The notes below the pieces were generated by a model, which made no database searches, was not told the origin of the DNA, and saw only the letters and a list, made by a program, of their open reading frames with translations. Below, piece by piece: positions 8,593 through 18,038 of a DNA stretch of 64,000 bases. The translations under genes and the position numbers were made by a program. This DNA comes from Methanobacteriota archaeon (lineage in GTDB: Archaea; Halobacteriota; Bog-38; Methanoflorentales; Methanoflorentaceae), in contig CAVRAO010000013.1 of assembly GCA_963719035.1 (NCBI GenBank), forward strand, positions 1 through 64,000, read 5' to 3'. The stretch's first letter is position 1; each line of letters opens with the position of its first letter.

Positions 8593-11500
8593 ATGAAAAA
8601 CAGCGCTATAAGCGACGCTCAACGGCATTCTCAAACAACCGAAGATCGATTTAGCGACGAACTTGGCGCGTTAATCGCCCGTGTGTACCTTAAGCTCAAG
8701 CAAGACTTTCCCGAACTGTTCACAATTAGAGACCTAAAACGGGCGACTGAGGCACTGACGTTATTTTTGGAATCCGGCTTATCAGAAAAAAATGCTTTTG
8801 TTGACGTATGTCAATATGCTTTTACGCAGATACAACCAGAGAGTGAGGAGATAGTACGATCGATAATAGAACAAGATAAAAACATTAAAGCGGTGTTGCC
8901 GGATTTTGAACCTCGAGATCTGACGTCGCTAACTCCTAGCCTTCCTGCACTCGCCACGTCTATTTCTGCAGGTCTTAACTCTTTTTTGCAGATTCTTGTA
9001 ACCTATAGCGAGAGCCCTACTGCCAAAGCGTTGCTTACCATGCTTAACAACTTGGTGAATGCAACGGATAAACAAACCCGGATCACTGCACGGAAAATCG
9101 CCTACGACTTGCTTTTTGATGATTCTTTGCGCGATATAATCTTAGAAGAATTAGAAGAGAACTTGACTGATGCGGCTTGGACCGCACGCCAAGCGGCCGT
9201 CGTCGTTCTTGCCTCGTTGTTTTGCGACCGGATTAGGAACGGAAAACAAATCGACTTGTATCTCTTTGAAACGTTGCTTCATGATAATGCATGGGCAGTG
9301 CGTCAAGCTACTATCGAAGCGCTGAGCAATATCTATCCGACCCTTATTCAAAAAGACATAGATGTCGATCTCAAAGGGCTTGAAGCCGCCCTTCAAGATC
9401 GGTCGTGGGTGGTACGCAAAGCAACTATGAGCGCGCTGAGCCGCGTCTACGCAGCACGCATTGAACGCGGAATCAAGACAGACGTTGCCCCACTAGAGCG
9501 CCTGCTCACCGATCACGACACGGAGGTCCGTCAAGCTGCTTTAGGGGCGTTGGGTGACGTATACGCACTGCTCATCAAGCGTGGCGAGGACGTTGATATC
9601 GCTGCCCTCGAGGCAGAGGTAGCACACCGTGACGAAAAAGTTCAGATGGCGCTCATAACTGCCCTTGGCAATATTTATGTCGCGCTACTCGATCGCGAGG
9701 TCGTAAGCTCCCTGTCAAAAGTTGAGCGCGGCATTAGCAGCGAGTTTCTGGGAGTGCGTAAGACAGCAGCTGCAGTTTTAAGTGTGGCGTATCCCGCGTT
9801 TATCAGACGCGGAGAAGCGATTAACTTAGAACAGATTGAAATGGGGTTGGATGGGCTTATTGATTACATCCGGCAAGCAACAATCGAGGCGCTGGGCATT
9901 ATCTACCCAGCGCTGGTCGAGGTTGGCGTCCAGGTAGACCTGCCCCGCTTGGAAACCGGGCTTCACGATGAATACTGGGCAGTGCGTCAAGCTACTATCG
10001 AAGCGCTGAGCAATATCTATCCGACCCTTATTCAAAAAGACATAGATGTCGATCTCAAAGGGCTTGAAGCCGCCCTTCAAGATCGGTCGTGGGTGGTACG
10101 CAAAGCAACTATGAGCGCGCTGAGCCGCGTCTACGCAGCACGCATTGAGCGCGGGATCCCGACAGACATCTCGTTGCTCCAGCACGTTCTTTCAGAACCA
10201 AACGATGAGCTTCGTCGGATTTCAGTAGAGGCGCTGAGCCGCGTCTACGCAGCACGCATTGAACGCGGAATCAAGACAGACGTTGCCCCACTAGAGCGCC
10301 TGCTCACCGATCACGACACGGAGGTCCGTCAAGCCACCATCGAAGCATTTGGCTTGATCTATCCCGTAATTCTTCGAACCACGACGTCCTTTATAAGGGT
10401 CAAAAAACTAGAGAGATCCACGCATGACAAACAAACGAAAAATCGCATCACAGCGGCTAAAGCTCTTGGCGAAGTCTACGCGGCACTCATTGAGTGCGAG
10501 AAAGAGCCTGATATAGCACCACTGCAACAGCTCCTAACTGATAACGACTCAGACGTGCGTCAGGCGGCCGTCGAAGCGCTGGAGCGAGTATACCTGAGAT
10601 ACTTCGATAAGGGCAGGATCTTGAATTTACACTTGTTGGAACAAGTGTTAGATGACAACGCTGCTGAAGTTCGCCGTGAGGCCCAAAACCTTTTCAGAAG
10701 CGTCGCGCATGCGATGCTCCTTGGATCAGATAAGGGGGGGTTTGAAGCGACGATCCGCGAACTGGGTGAGGAACTTAGCACGTCTCTGTCTGCGCCGCTG
10801 TCTGGCACTTATTTGCCTTATATTCAGTTGAGGGGGGACTCCCTTCAAGTAGGTCCCCTGTCTATGCAAAAAAGGACGCTGCATACCAGTGCTCAGCAGT
10901 GCATTGTAACGAAGGCTGCGTATGAGATGCTTAATGCGATCGCTTCAGCGTTTCTTTTGAGACATCCGCTTTTGCTGATGGGTCCGACGTCTACTGGCAA
11001 AAGTTTCTTGATAAAATGGTTAGCCGAGACACTCGGTTATGAGCATATGTCTTACACGCTCAACCCGTACGTTTCTAAGTCAGAACTCATAGGTGGCATA
11101 AAACCGAACAACCAAGGTAAGTTCGTCTGGCAGGATGGAATCGTTTTAAAGGCAGCCAAGCGCGGCACTTGGCTTGTTCTTGAGGAGCTAAACCTTGCGA
11201 CCTCTGAAGTCCTCGAGATACTGAATGATTACTTGATTACTGGCAAATTTGTCTATTCAGAGAATGGCGATCAACGTCTTGTCGAGCCGTCGGGCGAATT
11301 CCGGCTGTTTGCCACAGCGAACCCGTCAAGTTACGCGCAGCGGGAGCGACTTTCACAGGTGTTTGTGTCGCGGTTCAAGGTCCAGTACCAAAGGGAGCTA
11401 AGTGAAGAGGACTTGATTGAAATTCTAAGCGGGTTGTTCGGCATCCCCGCTCATTTGGCCTACTCGATCGCGTTTTTTCACGTTACCTTGCAGGAACAAG

Positions 11501-12387
11501 CTGATTCGAAAGTCATTGGCAAGGAGGAAAAGGAACCATACATATTCAGTTTGCGAGATTTGATTCGGCTTGGAAGGCGATTGTCCCCCGCTATAAAAAC
11601 GAATGTGCCCGAACCTGTGTTTATGCGCCTCCTCGGTATAGAATTGGCTGATGTTTACGTAGCACGCGTGCGAAACCGCGACGAACGGGAAGGTTTGATA
11701 ACGCTCATTGACACCATCTTCGGCGTCAACGCAGAGGGCAGCAGCGGTGAAGACGCGCCCATCGTCCCCTCTGAACAGCTGGAGCAGCTACTCGCTGACT
11801 TGCCAGTAACAAGGGGTCGTCACTTCATTCCAGGCGACGAAGCTCGAATCGTGCCGACGGAAACGCAGAGACACACACTCGTAAGCGCGCTTAAAGCTCT
11901 CAAGTTCGATGAGCCGATCCTTCTAGTTGGTTATCCTGCTTCGGGAAAAACGACGTTAGTAAGGTACCTTGCGCGGGAGAAGAAGACTGATCTGTACTAT
12001 GTGAACCTTTCATCAGATTCCGGTCTTGAGGAGCTCTTGGGTGGCTTTACGCAAGACACTCGTGGCAAATGGCGCTACAAGCGGGGCCTCCTCTTTAAAG
12101 CCGTTAAAAGCGGTGCGTGGCTTTTAATCGACGAGGCGAACCTTAACCCTCTCTCTGAGTACCTCAACACTCTGCTAGACTTCGGTTACATCACAGACGA
12201 TGAGGGTACCATATTTGAACTACATCCTAATTTCAGATTGTTCTTTTCTATCAATCCGCCGAAAATCCACCCTTCGAGAAACGTGCTCTCCCCTGCGCTG
12301 CGCACCCGATTCAACGAGATCTGGATTCAGGAGATAACCGATGTTGCAGAACTATCTGAATTGGTCGGTAGGTGGAAGCGTGCTTGA
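8593..12387 (+). CDS. HEAT-repeat protein with two tandem MoxR/midasin-type (AAA_5) AAA+ modules
   Basis: ~14 HEAT repeats; AAA1 GPTSTGKS/LVLEE/FATANP/SRF; AAA2 GYPASGKT/LLIDE/FSINP/LSPALRTRF; starts 4 nt after the VWA gene stop. Confidence 0.88.
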   Translation: MKNSAISDAQRHSQTTEDRFSDELGALIARVYLKLKQDFPELFTIRDLKRATEALTLFLESGLSEKNAFVDVCQYAFTQIQPESEEIVRSIIEQDKNIKAVLPDFEPRDLTSLTPSLPALATSISAGLNSFLQILVTYSESPTAKALLTMLNNLVNATDKQTRITARKIAYDLLFDDSLRDIILEELEENLTDAAWTARQAAVVVLASLFCDRIRNGKQIDLYLFETLLHDNAWAVRQATIEALSNIYPTLIQKDIDVDLKGLEAALQDRSWVVRKATMSALSRVYAARIERGIKTDVAPLERLLTDHDTEVRQAALGALGDVYALLIKRGEDVDIAALEAEVAHRDEKVQMALITALGNIYVALLDREVVSSLSKVERGISSEFLGVRKTAAAVLSVAYPAFIRRGEAINLEQIEMGLDGLIDYIRQATIEALGIIYPALVEVGVQVDLPRLETGLHDEYWAVRQATIEALSNIYPTLIQKDIDVDLKGLEAALQDRSWVVRKATMSALSRVYAARIERGIPTDISLLQHVLSEPNDELRRISVEALSRVYAARIERGIKTDVAPLERLLTDHDTEVRQATIEAFGLIYPVILRTTTSFIRVKKLERSTHDKQTKNRITAAKALGEVYAALIECEKEPDIAPLQQLLTDNDSDVRQAAVEALERVYLRYFDKGRILNLHLLEQVLDDNAAEVRREAQNLFRSVAHAMLLGSDKGGFEATIRELGEELSTSLSAPLSGTYLPYIQLRGDSLQVGPLSMQKRTLHTSAQQCIVTKAAYEMLNAIASAFLLRHPLLLMGPTSTGKSFLIKWLAETLGYEHMSYTLNPYVSKSELIGGIKPNNQGKFVWQDGIVLKAAKRGTWLVLEELNLATSEVLEILNDYLITGKFVYSENGDQRLVEPSGEFRLFATANPSSYAQRERLSQVFVSRFKVQYQRELSEEDLIEILSGLFGIPAHLAYSIAFFHVTLQEQADSKVIGKEEKEPYIFSLRDLIRLGRRLSPAIKTNVPEPVFMRLLGIELADVYVARVRNRDEREGLITLIDTIFGVNAEGSSGEDAPIVPSEQLEQLLADLPVTRGRHFIPGDEARIVPTETQRHTLVSALKALKFDEPILLVGYPASGKTTLVRYLAREKKTDLYYVNLSSDSGLEELLGGFTQDTRGKWRYKRGLLFKAVKSGAWLLIDEANLNPLSEYLNTLLDFGYITDDEGTIFELHPNFRLFFSINPPKIHPSRNVLSPALRTRFNEIWIQEITDVAELSELVGRWKRA
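9163..10710 (+). repeat. Array of ~14 38-aa HEAT-like repeats containing exact DNA duplications
   Basis: LxDxxWxVRQAxIEALxxIY consensus every 114 nt; 9292-9464 equals 9976-10148 and 9433-9536 equals 10231-10334. Confidence 0.9.
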
Positions 12388-12503
12388 CCGTCTGATAAGA
12401 AATCGGCGCGATAGCATCATAAGGCCTTGCGAGTGTTAAGATGTGGAGATGCTCCTCACGACCTTTAACAATCCTTAAGTAGACGCTTAATCTCTTTTGA
12501 ACG

Positions 12504-13061
12504 ATGAGTGATATAGCGCTCATTTGGGATCGTCCGCTTCTTTTTGAGAAGTTGTTTGTTGAATATGGCATTGCATGTGAGCGTGTGTCGCCATTACAAA
12601 TTGGAACCGCATACTCTCCGAAATTTAAGGTGGCGATTCTGCCCGTTGGTTTTGGCAATCCGGCCTATAGCACGGTCGCGAAATCGGTGAGACGCTTAGG
12701 TACGCCCCTGCATCAGTTTTTGCAAAAAGGCGGTGTGTTACTAGTGTTCAGCCCGTACGTCGACAACTACGACTTTGCATGGCTTGGTTTGCCGTACAAG
12801 TTTAAGCATCTCGTCCGAGATACACTTTTGAAAATAACTGTCAGGAAACAGCATCCAGCCGCGGACATCATCGAAGTGTATGAGGCCCATACCGATGGCT
12901 ACTTGATAGGGGTAGAGGAGAACGACGTGATATTGCAGTCAGAAGACGGCCCCGTTTTAATGGTGAAAACTGTAGACGAAGGACGCGTTATCTTGACAAC
13001 CATTCACGAGTTTCCTGCGCGACGATTCATCTCGTGGGTTGTCGATGTAGCACGGCAATGA
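12504..13061 (+). CDS. Conserved archaeal hypothetical protein (possible class I glutamine amidotransferase-like fold)
   Basis: 185-aa ORF with ILPVGFGNP...FLQKGGVLLVF and TTIHEFP. Confidence 0.65.
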   Translation: MSDIALIWDRPLLFEKLFVEYGIACERVSPLQIGTAYSPKFKVAILPVGFGNPAYSTVAKSVRRLGTPLHQFLQKGGVLLVFSPYVDNYDFAWLGLPYKFKHLVRDTLLKITVRKQHPAADIIEVYEAHTDGYLIGVEENDVILQSEDGPVLMVKTVDEGRVILTTIHEFPARRFISWVVDVARQ

Positions 13062-13075
13062 TACTGACGCGTCAC

Positions 13076-14245
13076 TTAATTACGACGCCTTCGAGCGCGT
13101 GAGAGGCTGAGGCCTGCCACAACTGCGACAGCGACTGTGATTGGCACTGCGAGCCAAACTAAAAGCTCCTCGCTGTCAAACGCGTTCATATGGTCGTTAA
13201 GCGTCCCGCCGTGTGCCATCTCCTGTGAGAGGACTCGCAGGTTTGAGGCACTTGATGTGTGGATTACGCGTAAAGCTGAAGTATCGTGCAAAATGATTGC
13301 ATCGGAAGAGTCGTTGATAACCACGCGTCTATTATCACCGACGGCAGACGTATAAGTCAGTTTGTTTGGAATATCAGCCGAGTCTCTACCTACGGCCTCG
13401 CGCACGTGATGATCGTCAACAAAGCCTAGCGTTTTTTGCGGTTCATACGGTACCCACCCTATGTCGGGGTAGAATACCTCTATCCAAGAATGCGGCCCAG
13501 ACTCCCATTGATACCCGTAAGTTGTTGCATATCCATCTACGTTGATCTCGCCATCGACTAGATAGCCACTTACGTAGCGAGCTGGAATTCCGACACTCCT
13601 TAGCAGCGCCAACGAGAGGTGCGCATAATTCTCGCAGGTTCCCCGTTTGTTGTGATAAGTCCAAGATGCATCGTGTTTTGTCACGTTGCTGTCGTATTTG
13701 AGGTTGTCACTGACCCAGAGCATCAGAGATGTCACCGCTGCGCTCTCATAGCGCGTATTATTGACGATTGCTTTCGCTGTGTTTGCAATATCACGGTCTT
13801 CGGACTGAACAGAGGTCGATGGCGACAGATACTTGGTAGCGCCCTCCTCGCTACTGGGGAGCTTGATCGGCAGCTGTGATTCCGAATTCAATCCATTGAC
13901 GTTTACATCAATCGTGAAATTGGTGTTCGTTGTATAGCTCAGCTTTGAGGGCGGGTTAGTCCACGTAGCACTAATCCCTCCACTAGTCACCGTGACGGCA
14001 TCGGGTTTCTTGCTGTATGAAATATTCGCGGATTCTATTTTTAGCGAGTATGCGAAGACCGTGGCATTCGATGCGCTAGTGAGCTGCACTACTAAATTCT
14101 GAGTTCCGTCGGGAACCGTGAGTTCTCGCGTTTTCACATAATGCACCGAACTCATCAGGTTGCCTTGACAAACCAACGCGTCTCCCGATCCTTGGAGCGG
14201 TATCAAAAAAGCAATCACGATTAGCGCACAAGCAACAAGCTTCAT
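13076..14245 (-). CDS. Secreted, membrane-anchored transglutaminase-like protein
   Basis: Signal peptide from ATG 14245; GTCENYA, GIPARYVSGY, HSWIEVF (triad C-H, with E in place of the usual D in PYEP); C-terminal TM helix + RRRR. Confidence 0.85.
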   Translation of the reverse strand: MKLVACALIVIAFLIPLQGSGDALVCQGNLMSSVHYVKTRELTVPDGTQNLVVQLTSASNATVFAYSLKIESANISYSKKPDAVTVTSGGISATWTNPPSKLSYTTNTNFTIDVNVNGLNSESQLPIKLPSSEEGATKYLSPSTSVQSEDRDIANTAKAIVNNTRYESAAVTSLMLWVSDNLKYDSNVTKHDASWTYHNKRGTCENYAHLSLALLRSVGIPARYVSGYLVDGEINVDGYATTYGYQWESGPHSWIEVFYPDIGWVPYEPQKTLGFVDDHHVREAVGRDSADIPNKLTYTSAVGDNRRVVINDSSDAIILHDTSALRVIHTSSASNLRVLSQEMAHGGTLNDHMNAFDSEELLVWLAVPITVAVAVVAGLSLSRARRRRN

Positions 14246-14367
14246 TTGGAGGCGTAAGTACAATAACGGGACAGTGCACATAAATTTTTTTTGCACGCAC
14301 ATAAAGGTTGTGGCTGTGGCTCGTCTGTTGATGCCACTTTGCGCGTTAGGTTTTTGAGCCTTGAAGG

Positions 14368-14505
14368 CTCGGCTAGATAGGGGACACGAGGGCCGTGAAG
14401 CCACTTATCGAAGCCTTGATGAGCGGAACAGGCGCAACTCCACGCCAGGCCGTCGAGGGAGCTCTGCAAAAGCTGGCCGGTGCAAAGGACGCCGAACTAA
14501 TGTAA
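14368..14505 (+). pseudogene. Remnant of a PBS-lyase HEAT-repeat gene
   Basis: Frame reads LG*IGDTRAVKPLIEALMSG...VEGALQKL with an in-frame TAG and no start codon. Confidence 0.5.
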
Positions 14506-14760
14506 CATCAAAAAGGAGAGCCAGAATGGACGGCCGCCCGATCTTAGCACGAAGCGCGACCGCAATGGCGGGACGCCAGCGTTTGACGTTAAACACGAAC
14601 GCTGTGCATCCGAACCGGGCGCACCTGTTCACTGTATGACGTTCTGTTTTTTGAGATCGTCGCCGACTTACGTCCGATGAATCGAAACGATTATAAGCAT
14701 TGCTTTAGCCAATTAGGTACGTCGTTTTACCCTACTTCTGACATATGTGGAGGCAGACAA

Positions 14761-16123
14761 GTGTTTAAGCGAATCTTTCTTCTGATTACAGTTGCGCTGT
14801 TGTTGGTCGCATTTGCAGTCGCTCCTGCAATCGCCTTGCTACCTAACGGGCAGCAAGCTCCGAACTTTCAGTTGGCAGATCTTTCCGGCACGATGCACTC
14901 GCTGACCGACTATCGCGGCAAGGTCGTGGTCATTGACTTCTTCAGCGTTAGCTGCAGTGCCTGCAAAAGCAGTGCCACGAACGATCTAGTCCCCCTATAC
15001 AACAGTTACTACCGCGATGACGCGCGAGTTCAGTTCCTGGGCATCGAGGTAAGCGGCGCCTCTGCAGCGGAGACAAGTTCTCAGTTTGTAAAACCTACCG
15101 GCATCACTTGGCCCGTCTTGGTCGGGGGAACATCAAATCTTCTTAACTCGTACGGTTCTACCAGTGTCCCGACGGTCTATGTCCTTGATTCTGCTGGAAA
15201 AGTCGCCCTTGCGACAACGTCAATCGACAGCAGTACTTTGAAATCTACGATCGACAAGCTTACAGGCTCAGGTTCAGGCACAGGCACCGGCCCTGCCGTT
15301 TGTTCACAGGATGCAAACAGCCTCGATGTCTTTGTGCAGGGCACCGACCACGCGCTCTGGTATAAACACCTGGATGGCGCGAGCTGGGGATCGTGGAAGT
15401 CCCTCGGAGGCGTCCTGACGTCAGACCCCGCTGCCGTCTCCCGAGGTGTAGGCAAGATCGACGTCTTTAGCCGCGGCACCGACGGCGCCCTCTGGTCGAG
15501 GTATACCACGGACGGAGGCGCCACCTGGTCCATCTGGTACAAGATCGGTGGGCAGCTCCTCGCTGGCACCGGCCCGGCCGCATACGAATGGGGGGATGCA
15601 CGAATCGGCGTAGTAGTCACCGGCACTAACCGCGCCCTCTATCACATATGGAGACGCAAGCGGCCCATGGTCCGGCTGGCAAAACCCCGGCGGGTACCTC
15701 ACCTCGTCACCCGCCGCGACGTCACTGGCTAGCGGCGTGATTGACGTCTCTGTCCGTGGCGGCGACGGTGCCCTCTACAAGATGCATTACTCGGGAGGCG
15801 TCTGGGGCTCGTGGTCCAAGATCGGCGGGCAGCTCCTCGCAGGCACTGGTCCTACCGTGTACAACTGGGGATCAACCCGGACGGGCTGGTTCGTCACCGG
15901 CACGAACAACGCTCTCTATCACACGTGGAACGACGGCACGGCGCACGGTTGGGAAAACCTTGGCGGGTACCTTACCTCCTCACCGGGAGCCATATCGAAG
16001 TCGGCGGGTACGATCGACGTCTTTGTCCGTGGCGGCGACGGTGCCCTCTGGGGGAAGTCCTACGCTTCTAGCTCTGCCAACGGGTGGGGAGCTTGGTCTG
16101 AGATTGGAGGCCAACTCGCTTAA
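14761..16123 (+). CDS. Secreted TlpA/redoxin domain fused to Trp-rich lectin-type beta-propeller repeats (frameshift at ~15652)
   Basis: GTG start after GGAGG; signal peptide; APNFQL...FFSVSCSAC; repeats DVFVRGxDGALW...WxxLGGxLTSxP continue across the frameshift (DASGPWSGWQNPGGYLTSSP). Confidence 0.8.
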
Positions 16124-16562
16124 GGCACCGGGCCTGCTTTACAACGGTCAGATCACCCCCAACCAGAGCTTAGCTCCGTCTGCCAACGCCCGTTCTACGC
16201 CACCTTCGGCGGCGACAGCTCATATGTTAAATCAACGAGCAGCGTCGTTAACGATAAACGTAGGTTCGTTCTCGCACGTATGTCGTTTACAAATTTAAAA
16301 GCGCTATCGCTGCACAGCTTCTTACAATGATCTTTCCGCAGCCAATGTCAACTTTGGGGGGCGGGACTTCTGTGTGATAGCTCTCTGCTATTTTCACGTT
16401 TTATGCGCTCTTTTCGACCTGGCCCCTCAGGATTAATGAATTGCGTTCCTTTGACTATCTATGATAGATATTTAGGCTGACTTATTAGACTATTAGGTCG
16501 ATCAAAAAAACCAGCCATTACCTGCTTTATCTGATCAAAAATAGCAAGTCAGATCATCGGGT

Positions 16563-16833
16563 TCAAGCAATGCCGAGCACGACTAGCAGTATTACGAGCA
16601 AAGCTCCAGGAATTCCAGCCAATGCACATACAAGAATGGTGACGAGGTCCAATGGGCACCGTAAGCCCAAAGTTAGCCAAAATAATGTTAGCTATAGTTA
16701 GGACGATGATGCCTAGTATCGAATTGATTGCTAAATATTTTCCAAATCTGACCCCGAGTTTTACTAGAACGTAAAGCACAATTAAAACTAGAATCGCCAC
16801 AACAAGCAATCCTATCGCAGACGTGACGTCCAT
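16563..16833 (-). CDS. BofA-family small membrane protein (frameshift at ~16650)
   Basis: KYLAINSILGIIVL...VPI, then shifted frame DLVTILVCALAGIPGALLVILL. Confidence 0.75.
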
Positions 16834-17058
16834 CTGGCAAGCTTGAGCAGTCAGCGTGAAATAGTTTTCGATTCCTTATTTGATATTTGAAATGAGCTCT
16901 TGTTATGTCGGAAGAGTGTTAGCCAGCTAGCCCGACAAACTCGAAGCCGTGCGCTGCAAAGCTGCATTTGACCCAAAGTAGCTTATAACGCTCCTAGTCG
17001 TTCACGTGACCGTCATAGTTAAATTGGTTTCCGTTTGTAGACCTTCTCCGAGGAGCAC

Positions 17059-17700
17059 TTAAATAGTCGCAAAGCCGCTGTAAACGAAAACTAACCCAAG
17101 TACGGATAAAAAAACTCCACAGCCTATCAGAACGAATCGATAGGCTTTGTCCCCCGCAACGGCTGCACCTCTGTCTGTACAGAAAGAAACGAACCCGTAC
17201 CAGGAGAAATCTGACGCCCAATGGCCAATGAGAAATGTTGCTAACCCCACTAAACCGGCAAGTCTCAGACCTTCGAACACAAACGTTGCCCCGACCGTAA
17301 ACCACCACATGAAGAAATACGGGTTAGACACGCTTGTTATTATCCCCCGTAGATGGGGCCGTGTACGGACTTTGGCTCTTCTTCGGCAATCTCGATGGAG
17401 GCACTTCCTTTGGCCGCTTTTTATCAAATTGACGCCCATAAAGACAAGAACTGCCCCCCCAACAATGCATATGATGATAAAAGGCGTTTTTAGTCCTATG
17501 ATCTGACTAAGCCCGAGAGCGAGCAGCACGATCATGCTAGTCTCGACTATTACGTGACCGAAAACGACGCTCGTACCGGCCCGGTAACCATTTTTGACTG
17601 CCTCAGTCATTGAGGCTGTAAGCATTGGGCCTGGCACGATGGCACCAGAGAAGCCCACTAAGAAAGCTGTGAAGCCAAAAGCGAGGAGTTCAATTACCGT
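17059..17700 (-). CDS. LysE-family translocator
   Basis: GFSGAIVPGPM, GHVIVE, SNPYFFMWW motifs; frame extends to an ACG codon at 17700 behind a GGTGA RBS; a compensating indel pair lies at ~17345-17425. Confidence 0.85.
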   Translation of the reverse strand, partial: TVIELLAFGFTAFLVGFSGAIVPGPMLTASMTEAVKNGYRAGTSVVFGHVIVETSMIVLLALGLSQIIGLKTPFIIICIVGGAVLVFMGVNLIKSGQRKCLHRDCRRRAKVRTRPHLRGIITSVSNPYFFMWWFTVGATFVFEGLRLAGLVGLATFLIGHWASDFSWYGFVSFCTDRGAAVAGDKAYRFVLIGCGVFLSVLGLVFVYSGFATI

Positions 17701-18038
17701 CTAGCTCACCTATTAGTCTTTTATCCGCTCTTAAGCCTTGAAAAAGCTTTTTCAACGATTGGAAGTTCAAAATGCTGGCTCTTGACTTTTAGCAGTTCTT
17801 ATTTTTCTGAGCAATAAGTTCTCTGTATAGACATTGCAGCGCGAATTCGTCGCGGTTGTGGGAACACTCCCCCTAATGCAGTTCTGTGGGTGAAGCTTAA
17901 ACGTCTTAAGCGACACAAGACGTTGGTTATATAAAACGTTACAGAAGATAGTCATTGGGCCTGTGCAATGAATGTAAGGGGCCTAAGACGCTCAAAAACT
18001 CAGCGATTATCGGTAGGACTCATTCTTGGAACATTAGC

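Noticed and set aside
9163-10710. Direct repeats as a CRISPR array or DGR template/variable repeat pair
   Set aside because: They are in-frame coding repeats; the copies are identical with no adenine-biased mismatches, there are no spacers, and no cas or reverse transcriptase gene is present
14374-14376. In-frame TAG as pyrrolysine
   Set aside because: No start codon, no pyl genes in the window, and the context is a decayed fragment
14300-14650. Possible SRP or RNase P RNA, or the short ORFs in the track
   Set aside because: No conserved RNA motifs recognised; better explained by a HEAT gene remnant
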